The notes under the pieces are model-generated. The model searched no databases. It was not told where the DNA came from and worked only from the letters and a program-made list of their open reading frames with translations. DNA of 63,011 nucleotides, filler included, from Reticulomyxa filosa (Eukaryota; Protista; Foraminifera), in assembly GCA_000512085.1 (NCBI GenBank). It is 19 parts of 19 records of this genome, joined end to end, with 100 filler letters (N's around TTAATTAATTAA, not from the genome) between each part and the next. Parts side by side here need not be neighbours in the genome. Positions count along the whole stretch, not along the records: positions 22,417 to 25,335 come from ASPP01008106.1; positions 25,436 to 27,605 come from ASPP01028338.1; positions 27,706 to 31,004 come from ASPP01029391.1; positions 31,105 to 32,975 come from ASPP01013315.1; positions 33,076 to 34,676 come from ASPP01022956.1; positions 34,777 to 36,152 come from ASPP01000091.1; positions 36,253 to 37,490 come from ASPP01016294.1; 12 more parts are not named here. One strand, 5' to 3'. The stretch's first letter is position 1. Each line of letters starts with the position of its first letter. Position numbers and translations under genes: made by a program. Shown here one piece after another: positions 23,829 through 36,277 of this stretch.

Positions 23829-25280
23829 TCAGACGCCACGATCACGGAGAGAACTGCGTTCATATGTATCCTCTCGTTGGATTGGTTGTTCCTGATTATC
23901 GTCGGGATTGTTGTTGTTGACTTGTAAATAGATCATTTCCACATCTCTTTGTTCAAATGGATATTGTTGTGAGTACAACAAGATGAGACGAGCGACAAGA
24001 ATGCAAACGCCCACATAGAGGGCGATCAAAAAGCCACAATAATGGCCAGTTGCATACTCAAACCAATTACAAGCCAATACACACTGGTATTGAACAAAAG
24101 ATAAGAGAGATGATAGCCAAAGCTGAAAACAGTGCTTCGTACTCTGTTATCAGTGACCCAATCGCTCAACCAAATAACGGTTGGCGCGTACACTGCACTT
24201 ACTCCAACAGCCAAGGCGAGCTAAAGAAAGAAGATGGGACAAATATATGGACCACAACGAACGAACGAACGAACGGACAAACAAACAAACAAACAAACAT
24301 CGCACATGCACATCAAAAAAAAAAAAAGTATACCTGAAGCATCGACAATATCCAGGAGACATGAAGAAAGCCCATGATAACGGGAAGAATAGCAAAGATG
24401 AGAAAGCCCAAGACAAAAGATCGGATCATGACGGTGAACATGCCGTGTTCGTCGGACAAGAAGCCCTGGACTAAAAAGCCAAAGGCCATGCATATATTGA
24501 CTCCAATGTTGACATTATCGGCGTAGACATCCTCGTCATTGCCATGAATGAACTTGGGATACCATTCCACGGTGACTTTCCACGTGACGATGCAAGCGCT
24601 GAAGGCGATGACAATGACAGCCAGTTCCCTTCGATAATTGGTAATGGCATAAGAAAAGGGTTTTTCCATAATTTCGCCAGCGGAGCGCAGCTGAGCATAA
24701 ATTTTGTCTTCGGGCAAAGACCTGCGTAAAAACAGTCCCGGCAATGTGAGCAGTGCGGACGCCAAGAACGACATCCTCCAAACCCAGTCTTTGAACTGTT
24801 GTGAGTTGGAGTACGTTTCGCTAGCATAATATGCGATCGTTGCCAGCTGTCTCCCCAACATGAACACCAACAGAGCACTGATCAACACTCCTCGTCGATA
24901 GGCCACTTTGGACGGACTTGCAGTTATATTCGACAGATATGTTATCGCTATTGTGAACTCTCCCCCATAGCTTAGCGCCATTAATGTGCGAACTAAGAAA
25001 TATAGAAATGTGCTGAAATACGACAAGTATTTTTTTGGCGGAATTAAACCTATGTTTATTTATTTATTTATTTGTTTTATCAAACTATTCTTTTATGTCG
25101 GACTCACAATATTCTTTTTTTTTTTTTTTTTTCTAACAGCAACAACAAAACGAAAGATTGGACACACCGACAATAAATACAGCTGTCCCCATTGTCATCA
25201 ATGTGAGCATTAGTGATGTGGATGACCCATAGCGGTCTGCTATCTGTCCGAATAATATCGCTCCGAGAGGCATGACCAAC
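23829..25280 (-). CDS. MFS transporter, metabolite:H+ symporter (ProP-like) family, 5'-truncated, apparent frameshift near 24080
   Basis: Motifs MPLGAILFGQIADRYG, RTLMALSYGGEF, WVWRMSF, LSDEHG and RVRSTVFSFGY. Introns ~25167-25050 and 24333-24221. Confidence 0.8.
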
Positions 25281-26098
25281 CTACTTTTTTTTTTTTTTTT
25301 TATTTTTTTTTAAAAAAAACTCCCCTCCCCTTTTTNNNNNNNNNNNNNNNNNNNNNNNNNNNNNNNNNNNNNNNNNNNNTTAATTAATTAANNNNNNNNN
25401 NNNNNNNNNNNNNNNNNNNNNNNNNNNNNNNNNNNTAATTTACGACAAATTTGCCAAAGTCATTATTTAAAAATTTTAAAAATCTTTAAGAAATGTTGAT
25501 ATTTGTCGTCGTTTGATCCTATATTCTTAATTCGATCAGAGTATTTTATATTCAAAATAGTGTTAACCCTATGCTTAAATGTTATATTATATTTACATTA
25601 GAACTGAATTGTTTGAAACAAAATATTATTAAATTTTTCATTTAATGCATAATTTTTTGTTTAATTTGAAATGTTGTGCAATTGTGTTTTACTTTGATGA
25701 ATTTGAATACAAGAGCAAGCTTAGCAAAGCAATAGTCAGTGTAAGAAACAAATATATTCAAAGTAAATAAAAGTTGTGTGAATTACACCTTTTATTTCAA
25801 CATTGAAGCTTCTTTTTGTTTTCAACATTCTTTACAACTACAAAAAAAGTTAAACAACTGTTTTCAAAGATTTTGTTGAAAATCTTTTGAAAAAAAAAAC
25901 TTGTGATCTACGTGCATGCTCAGTGTTGGACAAGTTCTTTTAAAAAAATTTCTTATCTTCACTGAAAAAGAAAATTAAAATTAGTTTTTCATGCCGCCAA
26001 AAATATTTTTGAAAACATCTTTCATTGCCCCCTAAAGGAAAAAAGTTCAAGATTTCCATTTTACATCATCGAAAACGGTCTTAAGAAAAAAAAATAAA

Positions 26099-26680
26099 AT
26101 GACAACTATCAGCAATACGAAGCAAACCTCAGCACAACCAGAGTTGGTAAGTTTTATTACAAGTTTTTAGAAAATCTGTTGTCTTTTTTTTAACGTTTTA
26201 TTTATCGTATGTAAATTGTGATCCGAACAGTCTGAAGAAGCACGCGGAAACGGAACACCAATGATATCATTAGTAACACGAAAAGATCAAATATCCAGAG
26301 TACAAAAAATGTTAGAAGACGAACATGGAATGCATCAAATATAAAATCAAGAGTAAATCGTTTATCTGTATTATCAGTTATAACAATTGCAAGAGAAAGA
26401 TTAAAATTATATAATAAAGTACCTAAAAATGGTTTAGTGGTACAGTAAATGAGATATGACGGAAAAGAAAAAAAAATGTCAATACATTTTGAACCATTTA
26501 AACCTATAAACACATCATTATATTTATTTGATGATACACAACATTTTATAACAAATTTATTGTTATTAAAATTGTTGATACTTCTTATGGTGGTGAAAAT
26601 GGTTTTAATCAAGCTATTGAATTAAGTAAAGATGCTTTAGCTAATGCTACATTTGTTCGTGCAAAAAAAAAAATTATTAA
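26099..26680 (+). pseudogene. ETF1: eRF1 (eukaryotic release factor 1) pseudogene
   Basis: Absent from the ORF track. Reads [70 protein letters not shown] and [17 protein letters not shown], with frameshifts, a stop and large deletions. Confidence 0.9.
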
Positions 26681-27705
26681 TGGACGTTATGCAAGAAATT
26701 GCTAATAAATATTGATTTGGTTCACTAATTTTTTAAATAAAAAAAAACCAAAAAACAACTAATAAAAAAAACTAAACTACATTTTGGTATGTGTATTTGG
26801 CGACTTTTTTTCGCCATGTTGTTTGTGTGATTTTTTGCATATGGGACAGTGCCGAGGGGAACGTTTTTAAAAAAATTGATTTTATTTAGCGGCCTTTGAG
26901 CTCGCTGTGGCTTTTTTGAAAGCCGACACGACTTGTGATATCAAAAATGTTATCCAAAAAAATATTTGCTTGAAAAAATTCGTAAACATTTAAGCTTTTT
27001 TGGCGTGTGCAAAAGTTTGGCCTAACGAGAAAAAAATGTTGCGACATTTCTACGTCAGAAATGTGCATAATGCACAAAATTTCTTCTAAATCATCAAGAA
27101 AAATGTTTCGGTCCCGTTTTTTAAGTTGATGCACACGTCAAAAATGAACACGTTTTTTTTTAACAACGTATTCATCAATTCTGGTCCCGTGCATAAAAAA
27201 AAAAATTTTTTGGCAATTTTCCAAAAATTGTTTATGGCTAGCTTTACACATACAACGTCTTTTCCTTTCAATAACGTCCTCCCCCAAAAAGTGTCACCAC
27301 GAGGCACGCGTCTTCAACTAAAGCACTTTTCAAAAAAATCTGTACATTTTGGACGTGTTCACAATAGAAACAGCACAAAATTTTGGGTGTCTCATTCTAA
27401 AAACGGTCCAAAAAAATGTTTTTTGTCTTCGAAAAAGGTTTTCTTTGGCGATATTTTGCGAAGACAGAAAGCGAATAATTTGCAAAAGTATCTAAAAAAA
27501 AATATTTTTTTTTTGTCGCTGAGACGATACTAGCAGAAATTTTGACAAATAATGAGTTGAAAGAAGATCTCGCGACAAAATGTGGATATATTTTGAGCAT
27601 TTTTGNNNNNNNNNNNNNNNNNNNNNNNNNNNNNNNNNNNNNNNNNNNNTTAATTAATTAANNNNNNNNNNNNNNNNNNNNNNNNNNNNNNNNNNNNNNN
27701 NNNNN

Positions 27706-28379
27706 AAGGGTTTTTGATATGCTTCCCGCTGTTTGCATTTGCGTATACCGCGCAGCAGTATATGCTACCCATTTATATTGAGCTGCAGGAACAGTCACGT
27801 CCAAGGATGCAAAAAGTGTTGCGGAGGTCGTCATGCGTTATTTTGTTCATCTACATTTGCGCAGCTGGCTTCGGCTATTTGACTTTTTTGGATGGCGTGT
27901 GTGGTAACATATTGCTGAATGACTACCACAAAGATTGGCCTGTGATCATCGCTGCTATCACCATTAGCATTTCCATGATATTTGCGCAGCCCATCACTAT
28001 GTATGCGTGGCGCATGAATTTTGCCGAAATTGTGTACAATGTCAAGCGCCTTTCTACGTGTATGCACGTAGCTATCACCACGTTGTTTGTGTTTGTCACC
28101 ATGTCCTTGTCTTTGCTTCTCACTGATATCGAAATTGTCTTTGGCTTGCTTGGGGCTACCACGTTCCCCGCCATTGGCTTTGTCTTGCCTGCCGTGTTTT
28201 TCGTCTCTTTGGTCCCCTCCCATTTGCATCCCTTTCGACGCAGGTTTGCCATTGTGCAAGCCGTTCTTGTCACTCTTGCTAGTCTCGCCTCTCTTGTCTA
28301 TCAAGTCTTTGTCATGATTTATCCGTCCGATGATCATTGCAACTCCATGCAACAAATTCAGACTCCTGATTTGTTTTAA
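27706..28379 (+). CDS. Amino-acid transporter (AAAP/SLC38, Aa_trans), C-terminal half
   Basis: Motifs FPLFAFAYTAQ..LPIYIEL, GFGYLTF..GNILLND, IVFGLLGAT and GFVLPAVF. Confidence 0.85.
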
Positions 28380-29046
28380 TTCCTTACTTTATATACTTAT
28401 ACAATTTACATGTACTCGTTTTTTTTAAAAAAAATTATTTCACTTTTTAGTTTTAATTGTAGCTGTTTTAGTATCCATCGCATTTACCATCATTATACTA
28501 TTCACTATCTCATACCGTACGTATCGACTTTTTTTCTCCCGTATCTTATCCATTAACATAAAAACGTTATTTGGAAAAATTTTCAAATACGAAACAATAA
28601 AACACACTTTTATCTCCTTGTGTGTTTATTTGCCAACTGTCTCTTCTCTTAATCTTTTTTTTTAGTTGAATTCATCTTGTGTTGGAATGTCTGATCTCGA
28701 TCCCCTCTTTCTCTTTTATTTTCTTCCAAAGCTATTGTTTTACATTCAATATGCAGACGTTTTCACTCTCCCTGGAAGTCGTTCCAATTTTATTTTTGGA
28801 CAAATTACTATATTCATTGCGCACAGTCCATTCCACTATACCCTTTTAAACACATTCTCGTAAACATTGATCTTGTGAGAAAAAAAAAAATGTGTACTAT
28901 TATCCATTGATAAATTATTGGTTTTGGGAACAATAAATACACACACACTGTAACTATATAGACAAAAATGTCCAAATTAATCAAGACACGTTACTTTTTT
29001 TTTCAAATTTTTTTTCCCTCCTATTTTTCCTTGTCTGTGCAAAAAC

Positions 29047-30567
29047 ATGCTTGGCAACGATACAGCAATAAGTTTGTCGGATCTTAAGTTAAAGCCTCAT
29101 CCGAACGATAACTTTGGCGCTGGAAATGAAAGCTCAGCCTCTTCAGCGTCATCCTCACAGGTGGCCGTGCCAGCACATTTAGAAAAGCAAAGAAAGACGA
29201 AGCCAAAGCAGAAGTCTAGAGCGAGCACAATAGATGAAAGTGAAATGGATACTGTGACAGGCAATGGCAATGAGAACAAGATTGAAACAGAGACTAGCAA
29301 AGGAGAAGGGAAGACAAATGAGAATGAAAAAGAAAAAGGGAATGAAACTGTGAACGCAAGTGCAAATGAGAGCACAAAGCTACAAAGCGACAGTAAACGG
29401 CCTTTGTTGCAACAAAAAGTAGGTCAATCGAGATCGGATGCAGAAGAGAACTCGACATCGAGCGAAGAGAGTGGGAAAACGGAAGACGAGGACGAAGATG
29501 AGGACGAGGACGAGGACGAGGATGAGGAGGAAGAAGAAGAAGATGGTGATGATGATGAAGAGGAAGAGGAAGAGGAAGATGAGGAAGGGGGATCACATAA
29601 ATCGAAAGGATCGGATCATTCCTACCATTCCAATTACACCACATCCACATCAGAAGAAGAGGAGGTCTCATCAAGCACAAGTGGGTTTTCCCCGGGATCT
29701 TCGCAATCTTCTAGTTGGGACGACCCTGCAACAACAACAACAACAACAACGACGACGACGACAGCAGCACCAGCAACAACAACAATGACATCATTTCCCT
29801 TTCACTATGGACAAGACTCGTATGCAACGACGAATATGTACGCCAATCATTATGTGTCGAATGTGTCATATTCATTGGAGTCGTGGATAAACCACTCAGA
29901 GAGCAATGCATATAAGAGTGGTTATCTTCCTCATCCATACCCTTATCCATACGCACACCCTTATGCTTACCCTTATCCTTATCCTACTCTTAATTCCAAT
30001 AATTCTAATAATTCCAATGCTTCTAATAATCCTAATAATTATCCTTATTCAGGTCCTCATCCGTATGGATATCCTTATTCTCATCCTCACTCGTACTCGT
30101 ATTCACACCCGCATCCGCAAGCATTGCTGCTCAAGCACTTGCAGAGTGGTGGCTCCAGCAGTAGTGGTAGCAATGGCAGTGGCAGTGGCAGTGGCAGTGG
30201 TGGTGACGATGCTGTCACCACAGACAACTTTCTCAGTCCGCAGGCTTGCGGGTCACATCCTTATCATCATGTCACTAGTCTCCTTGGCGCTGCCACTCCG
30301 AGTGGTGGAGAAAGCCACGCTGAAGATGATGCGGACATGCATGCGCGCATGCGCGACCATGAACATTTCGTCCACGACGATAGTGCGCATGCCACTATGC
30401 AACATCCATATCCACATCCGCATCCACAGCGACAACGTTCGTATCGACATCGCAAGAAAAAAAAGTCACTGACGACCAATGCGGAGGATGCCAGTGATCA
30501 TAGGGATGCCGATCATGATCATGACCATGATCATGATCATGATGGTGATGATGACAATGACAATGAC

Positions 30568-30602
<35 letters not shown>

Positions 30603-30980
30603 TAATAATAATAATAATAATGATGATGATGATGATCATAGTTATGATGACGATGATGATGATGATAACGGACGTATACCACTTCATATGAATGAACATG
30701 ACATGACAATGAATGAACATCGAAATACCTCAACTCCGAACTCACATTTGGAAAGGAAGTACTGCTGTTGCCAAAGTGTCAAAATTGCGCAGTCCATTTA
30801 CAACCTCATGAAAGCCATGGAAGAGGACTTTTTATTCTTCCCCGAACTCGACTACCCCTCTCTCATCCTTCGTCATGGCTTCACCGTGTACACGCCCAAG
30901 GAAATACAAGATCCCCCTCCTCCCAAGCTTCCTTTTGTTCAAGATTTCTATGACTCCAACAAAGACACTACTACCAAAGA
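29047..30980 (+). CDS. Low-complexity protein (acidic, poly-T, HP/YP, SG, HD, poly-N tracts), 3'-truncated
   Basis: A >640-codon open frame running through trinucleotide and hexanucleotide repeats. No family recognised. Confidence 0.6.
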
Positions 30981-31146
30981 GTTTTTTTTTTTTAAAAAAA
31001 AAAANNNNNNNNNNNNNNNNNNNNNNNNNNNNNNNNNNNNNNNNNNNNTTAATTAATTAANNNNNNNNNNNNNNNNNNNNNNNNNNNNNNNNNNNNNNNN
31101 NNNNTAAATTAAAAATTAAATTATAATAAATAAAAAAAAAACCAAC

Positions 31147-31628
31147 CAAAAGACATGTTGAGAACGGGGGCCCAATTTTTACCAAGGATCTCAGCACAAA
31201 CTTTGCCATCTGCTTGATTCACCGAAGGGTGGTAAATTTTGGTCAAAAATGTCAGTTCAGGAGCTTTCATTGGATATTCCGCTGGAATATCTATTTGAAC
31301 CCTGAATTTGCCACCTTCATAAGGGGAGTCTTTCTTCAATTGCAGTGTGGTGTATGTGTACACAACCACATCGCAATCAAAAGGTTCCCAAAAAAAAAAA
31401 ATTATCCAATAGAAGACCGAGTTGATCTCATATGCATAGGTGGAAGGATAGGTTCGAAAAGTTCAAGTTTTTTTTTTTAACTGGTCCTTGTATTTTCGCC
31501 ACCCATTTCAACATGTTATCACCCTCTGGCCCTGCTTCCGCATATGGCAAAGGCTGCTTCTTCAATTTTGCTAATTCTTTTTGCAGACGTTTGACAGCTT
31601 TTGAACTATCGCTTTCTGCTTGTGCCAT
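31147..31628 (-). CDS. Ubiquitin-conjugating enzyme E2 (3'-truncated)
   Basis: KRLQKEL, W...IQGP|KDSPYEGGKF, YPMKAPELTFLTKIYHPSV and GKVCAEIL (catalytic Cys). One intron ~31480-31334. Confidence 0.92.
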
Positions 31629-32218
31629 GTCGCTCTTTTGCCCTTAATCGCTACACCGACTCACAAAAAAACTTCCAATATTTTACCAACAAAAGGGTGT
31701 TCCACAAAAAAAAAAAGGCTTTTTTTTTAACCAGTTAAATATTTTTTAGTTTAAAACAAACGCTTGTCTACAGAAAAGTAAAAAATTACTTATTATTGTA
31801 ATCTTCTTTTCGAATTGAGAAGTAAGACATAAGTCTTTAAAAATAGTTGCATTTTCAGGAATTCCCGGAAATCTTTTTAAAAAACATGTCTCAATGATTT
31901 GTGATAAAAAAGTTTAAATCAGATAAAACAAGGAATAAGCAAGCAAACTTAACACAATAAATATCAAACTCGCATGCTTTCATTCTTTTTTTTTAGCAAT
32001 TTAGACATACCTTGTAAAATCATGCTTTTGAAAGATGTAGAATGACAATACTTGCGAACATAGAATTATTGAACAATTAATGGTTTTCTTAAATAATATG
32101 AACGACACTAACAGTAAAAAAATTCAAACTTGTTTAACTAATCAACATTAAAAACAAACAAAAAAAGCGAGGAAAATTGACAAAATCACAAATGCATTGA
32201 AAAAAAAAACAGTATTTT

Positions 32219-32726
32219 TCAATTATAATACGAAAACTTTTCAATTTTGGCATACTCTTGTTTGAGATAGGTTCCAAACAATTTGAATTCTTCATACGAA
32301 ATGGCTCCAGTTCCATTGACTCCAATTCGCGGGACCAGTTCACTTCTTAGTTTCTCGATAAATGGCTCCATTGAGTCTCGAGAAGGAGGTTTAACTTGAG
32401 GATCTTTGGCCTTTTTTTTATCGTTGTTATTATTGTCGTTTTTAAAAATTTGTATTTCCATCTGTTTTTTTTTGCTTTCGAAAACATAATCAGATTGCAA
32501 AGATGTTTTCCGGTTTGTATTCTTTTATTCTATTTTTAACTTGACAAAAGATTTGCAGCGCAGTGAACAACAATTGATCAAATTCGTCTTTGTCTAGGAC
32601 ATCGTCATCGTCACCGTTAAATTGATTCCAAATTGTTGTGAGCTGTTCTTCATTTTCTAAAAATTTGCAAAGTGCTTCACGGCCGCTTTCTTGAGATGGT
32701 TTTGGAGATGAATGCAAGCAACCCAT
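32219..32726 (-). CDS. Small N-acylated EF-hand-like protein
   Basis: N-terminus MGCLHS. EF-like loops FNGDDDDVLDKDEF and IGVNGTGAISYEEF. An intron joins IFCQ|AKDPQ. Confidence 0.65.
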
Positions 32727-33075
32727 TCTGCTTTATGCAAGTCGTAAACTGTTTAAATGTAACTAAACGCTCTCAAATACACATTAACAGCCGCGGGCTC
32801 AGCTAGAATGCAAAAAAGGAATCAGGAAACCAGTCCCTCAACAGCACAATTTCAATTCTGAACAAAAAATAACTGATGTAAACGTAAACACTACAACTGG
32901 TCCAATTTTTGAAAAGAATTTACTAGTGAAGTTTTGACTTTAATCTTATACAGTAATTTTTTTAATTACTTTTTTNNNNNNNNNNNNNNNNNNNNNNNNN
33001 NNNNNNNNNNNNNNNNNNNTTAATTAATTAANNNNNNNNNNNNNNNNNNNNNNNNNNNNNNNNNNNNNNNNNNNN

Positions 33076-33396
33076 TGATCAACAAATTCGAGTGTTCAAT
33101 GGACATACAAAGCGTGTCAATGCTATTGAATATTCACCATTTGTAGTAGATAATATCGAACTAGGTGGCAGTTCAAATGTAATATGTTTTGGATCAGATG
33201 ATAATACGATTCGATTTTGGGATATTCGATCAAATAAGAAAGAGTTGTATCTGATCAAAGAAAACCACCAAGGAAATTATGGAATATGCTGTCTAAATTT
33301 CTAGAATTAAAAAGAAAAGCAAATGTGATTATAGTAATTATGATATTAATTTGTGTTATGTATCATACAATGGTCCCATTCGTATTTAGGGGTAAT
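33076..33396 (+). pseudogene. WD40-repeat gene 3' end, disrupted
   Basis: FNGHTKRVNAIEYSP...GSDDNTIRFWD. Frameshift at CLNF*, and the expected terminal IRIWG has TGG->TAG. Confidence 0.7.
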
Positions 33397-33879
33397 ATCG
33401 TTTTTTTCAAGAACACAATTTTTTGGTGATAAATGAAGTAAATTTTCCCCACGTGTAAAAATTTATATCTAAGCTTCTTATAGACAATACTTTTAACAAA
33501 ATAAAAATAATTTAGAAAATTTTTGTTTTTGCACATTTTGAAATGGATTTTGTTGACATTTTTGCTTTAATTTTATAAGACTATATATATTATTATTCTT
33601 GCATATATCAACCGTTTAGCAAGCTGGAACCACTACCACAAAATATACCAATTTTGTGTACAAAATGTCAAAATAGAAATATATTCTGTTTTAGTGTTTA
33701 TTTTTCCGTTAGTATTGTTTTACTACTCTTGCTTTCTTTGTGCTAAAAAAAAACTTATCAGCTCAATTTCATGTCTTTTTAACGTGAAAGATGCAAAATT
33801 GATTATTATATGCTAATGACCATAACACTTGTCCTGCATATTACAAACAAAATCATTACTCACAATTAAATACATAAAC

Positions 33880-34676
33880 TCAACCAAGTGCATCCAAATT
33901 CTGATCATCTAACTTATACTTTATTTGTACTTCTTTTTCAACATACTCTTTTCCTTTCATGGTTATTGTCACTCGGATCATTGTTTCACCAAAATAAAAA
34001 CGAACATACAATTCATCCTTCACATCATCGAAATCTTCTGGGTAAGGAACTTCAATTTTTCCTAAACATTTGCATCCTGTCATCACTCCTGGATCGGTTT
34101 CCCACTACGACAGATTGAGAAATATGCAGTTTTTTTACTTTTACTTAGTCTAATATAACTCCTTTCAATCATCTGTAAAAAAATGAAAAAATCACCAACA
34201 TTTGATACATGAAAATTGATGTTTGAATAAATATTAAAATATTAACTTGTCCCACTTTCACTTCTTCATCTTTGTTCACAAATACACGGAAACAATTACT
34301 AACGTACACTTTATTATCAATATCACGAATATATTTATGTTTGTTGATGAGATTGAGCATATCCTATTGGCCTACCACAACCAGTCCCATAAGTGTATTT
34401 AACAATTCTAGAAGTAATGAAAGAGGGGATTCTTGACAACTGAGCAGCTCCTTGAATTACAGATAAAATAGGTCTTTGAGAAATTACAAACGTGTATTTT
34501 GGCTCGTAATGTTGTTTGAGTTTGTATTGTAAATAAGGAGATTGACTAAATCCGCCCACCAAACACATATATTTCAATTTTCCACTTAATATCCTTGCAT
34601 TTTTGTTCAGTATTTCATCCATTTTTTCTATTATTGGATCAATTCTCAAATCAAATAGTTTCATCCACAATTGACA
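33880..34676 (-). pseudogene. HSP70-like (HSPA12-type) 3' part with frameshifts
   Basis: LVGGFSQSPYLQ, SVIQGAA, ITSRIVKYTYG, FRVFVNKDEEV, CKCLGKIEV and FYFGET. Frame breaks near 34350 and 34100. Confidence 0.7.
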
Positions 34677-34776
34677 NNNNNNNNNNNNNNNNNNNNNNNN
34701 NNNNNNNNNNNNNNNNNNNNTTAATTAATTAANNNNNNNNNNNNNNNNNNNNNNNNNNNNNNNNNNNNNNNNNNNN

Positions 34777-35090
34777 TTTTTTGCAATCTACTGTATGAAA
34801 GGAACTTTGCTCCGAAAACAAAATTTTAGTAAAACGAAATAAGTTGAAAGATAATTCACAAAAGACAAACAAAATAACGAAAACACAAAAGAAGGAGTGT
34901 TGTTTGTGGAGGGAGTTTAGCCCCTGGATGCTCCACAATTCCTTTGGAGTTTCGTCATATACAGTAAGGACTTATTGTGCCATTATTGTAGAGTTTTTTT
35001 AGGTCATAAGCAATTGAAAATTTTCATGTCGAACATATCCGTACTTTGATTACTGGCAATATACGCTGAATATTACCGCAAACTATGAGT
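34777..35090 (+). mobile_element. Degraded LINE ORF2 remnant
   Basis: Homologous at DNA level to 1000-1450 and 46606-46830 (tgcaatctactgta; actggcaatata). Confidence 0.45.
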
Positions 35091-35362
35091 TTTGCATCCT
35101 CTGGCAGTAAAACAATAGCAGCAACTTTGAATATTTTGCTATTTTGCTATTTTGAAAGAGCTAACTAAATTTGCAAAATAAAATTGGTGATTGTACCATC
35201 TTTTTTTGATTACGAAACAAACTAGTCACAAAGCCTAAGAACAAGCCCAACAGCGAGAGGGAAAACTTGTTGTAGAAGTTGCTCCTGCATAGTGCTGGTA
35301 ATTTTTAAGAATTAGGCTTGTTGATTTCAAATTAACACCAAGAAGCAAATAAAGATTCAACA

Positions 35363-36152
35363 ATGGATTTTGTGAGAAGTATTGGTAATACTATGGTTCA
35401 GAAACTTGACTCGTTTCAAGGCACCGAAATGGAGAGAAAAGTGAAAGAAGCAACTTCAAACGAAGGTTGGAATTCTTCAAACACAACAAAAAATGAAATT
35501 GCAGATGCAACATTCAACTCTCAAGTTTAGTGTGTTTTTTTTTTTGTATCTCTTTCTGTTCTGATTATAAAATGAACAACAATAGAGTTTTCGTGAGGTC
35601 ATGGGAATATTGTGGAAGAGATTAGGAGAAAAAGAAAGCAATTGGCGCATTGTATTCAAATCCCTGGAACTGTTGATGTATTTGTTAAAATACGGAAGTG
35701 ACAAAGTTGTCGAAGATACTCGTGATCATCAATCCGCGCTAAAGGCACTTCAAGCTTTTTCATGTGTTGACCCCAGCCATGGCGATGACAAGTTTGTGAG
35801 AGAGAGAAAAAAAAGGGGGCCAAAAAAAAAGGAAGGGTAGCACTAAAAGCATGACAATACAATAAAATGAACAGAGGACGTGGAATCCGACAATTATCAC
35901 AACAGATCATAGATTTGGTCGAAGATGCCAAAAGATTGAAGGATGTCCGAAATGAGGCCCAAAAGCAACGAGTTTACAAAACTATAATAAAATAAAATAA
36001 AACTAAAAAATTCTAAGAATTGAAGGAAAAGAGGACCTTTTTTTTTTTTTAACTAAAAAAAAAAAAAAGTTCAAAATGTATCTTCCAAAGATGGGTGGCT
36101 TTGCAACAGAGAAGAGTGCAAGAATCCGGCGGTGGATCGGGCCTGTCTAGTG
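35363..36152 (+). CDS. ENTH-domain (epsin-like) protein, 3'-truncated
   Basis: TEMERKVKEATSNEGW, EIADATF, ILWKRL, NWRIVFKSLELLMYLLKYGS and GIRQLSQQIIDLV. Three predicted introns. Confidence 0.92.
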
Positions 36153-36277
36153 NNNNNNNNNNNNNNNNNNNNNNNNNNNNNNNNNNNNNNNNNNNNTTAA
36201 TTAATTAANNNNNNNNNNNNNNNNNNNNNNNNNNNNNNNNNNNNNNNNNNNNTTTTTTTTCCCCCCTTTTTTTTTTT

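Noticed and set aside
26790-27605. Non-coding, relatively CpG-rich stretch with a weak inverted match (gaggggaacgtt ~26853 / aacgtcctccccc ~27275), as a DNA-transposon end
   Set aside because: The match is short and does not extend. No transposase motif or target-site duplication is visible.
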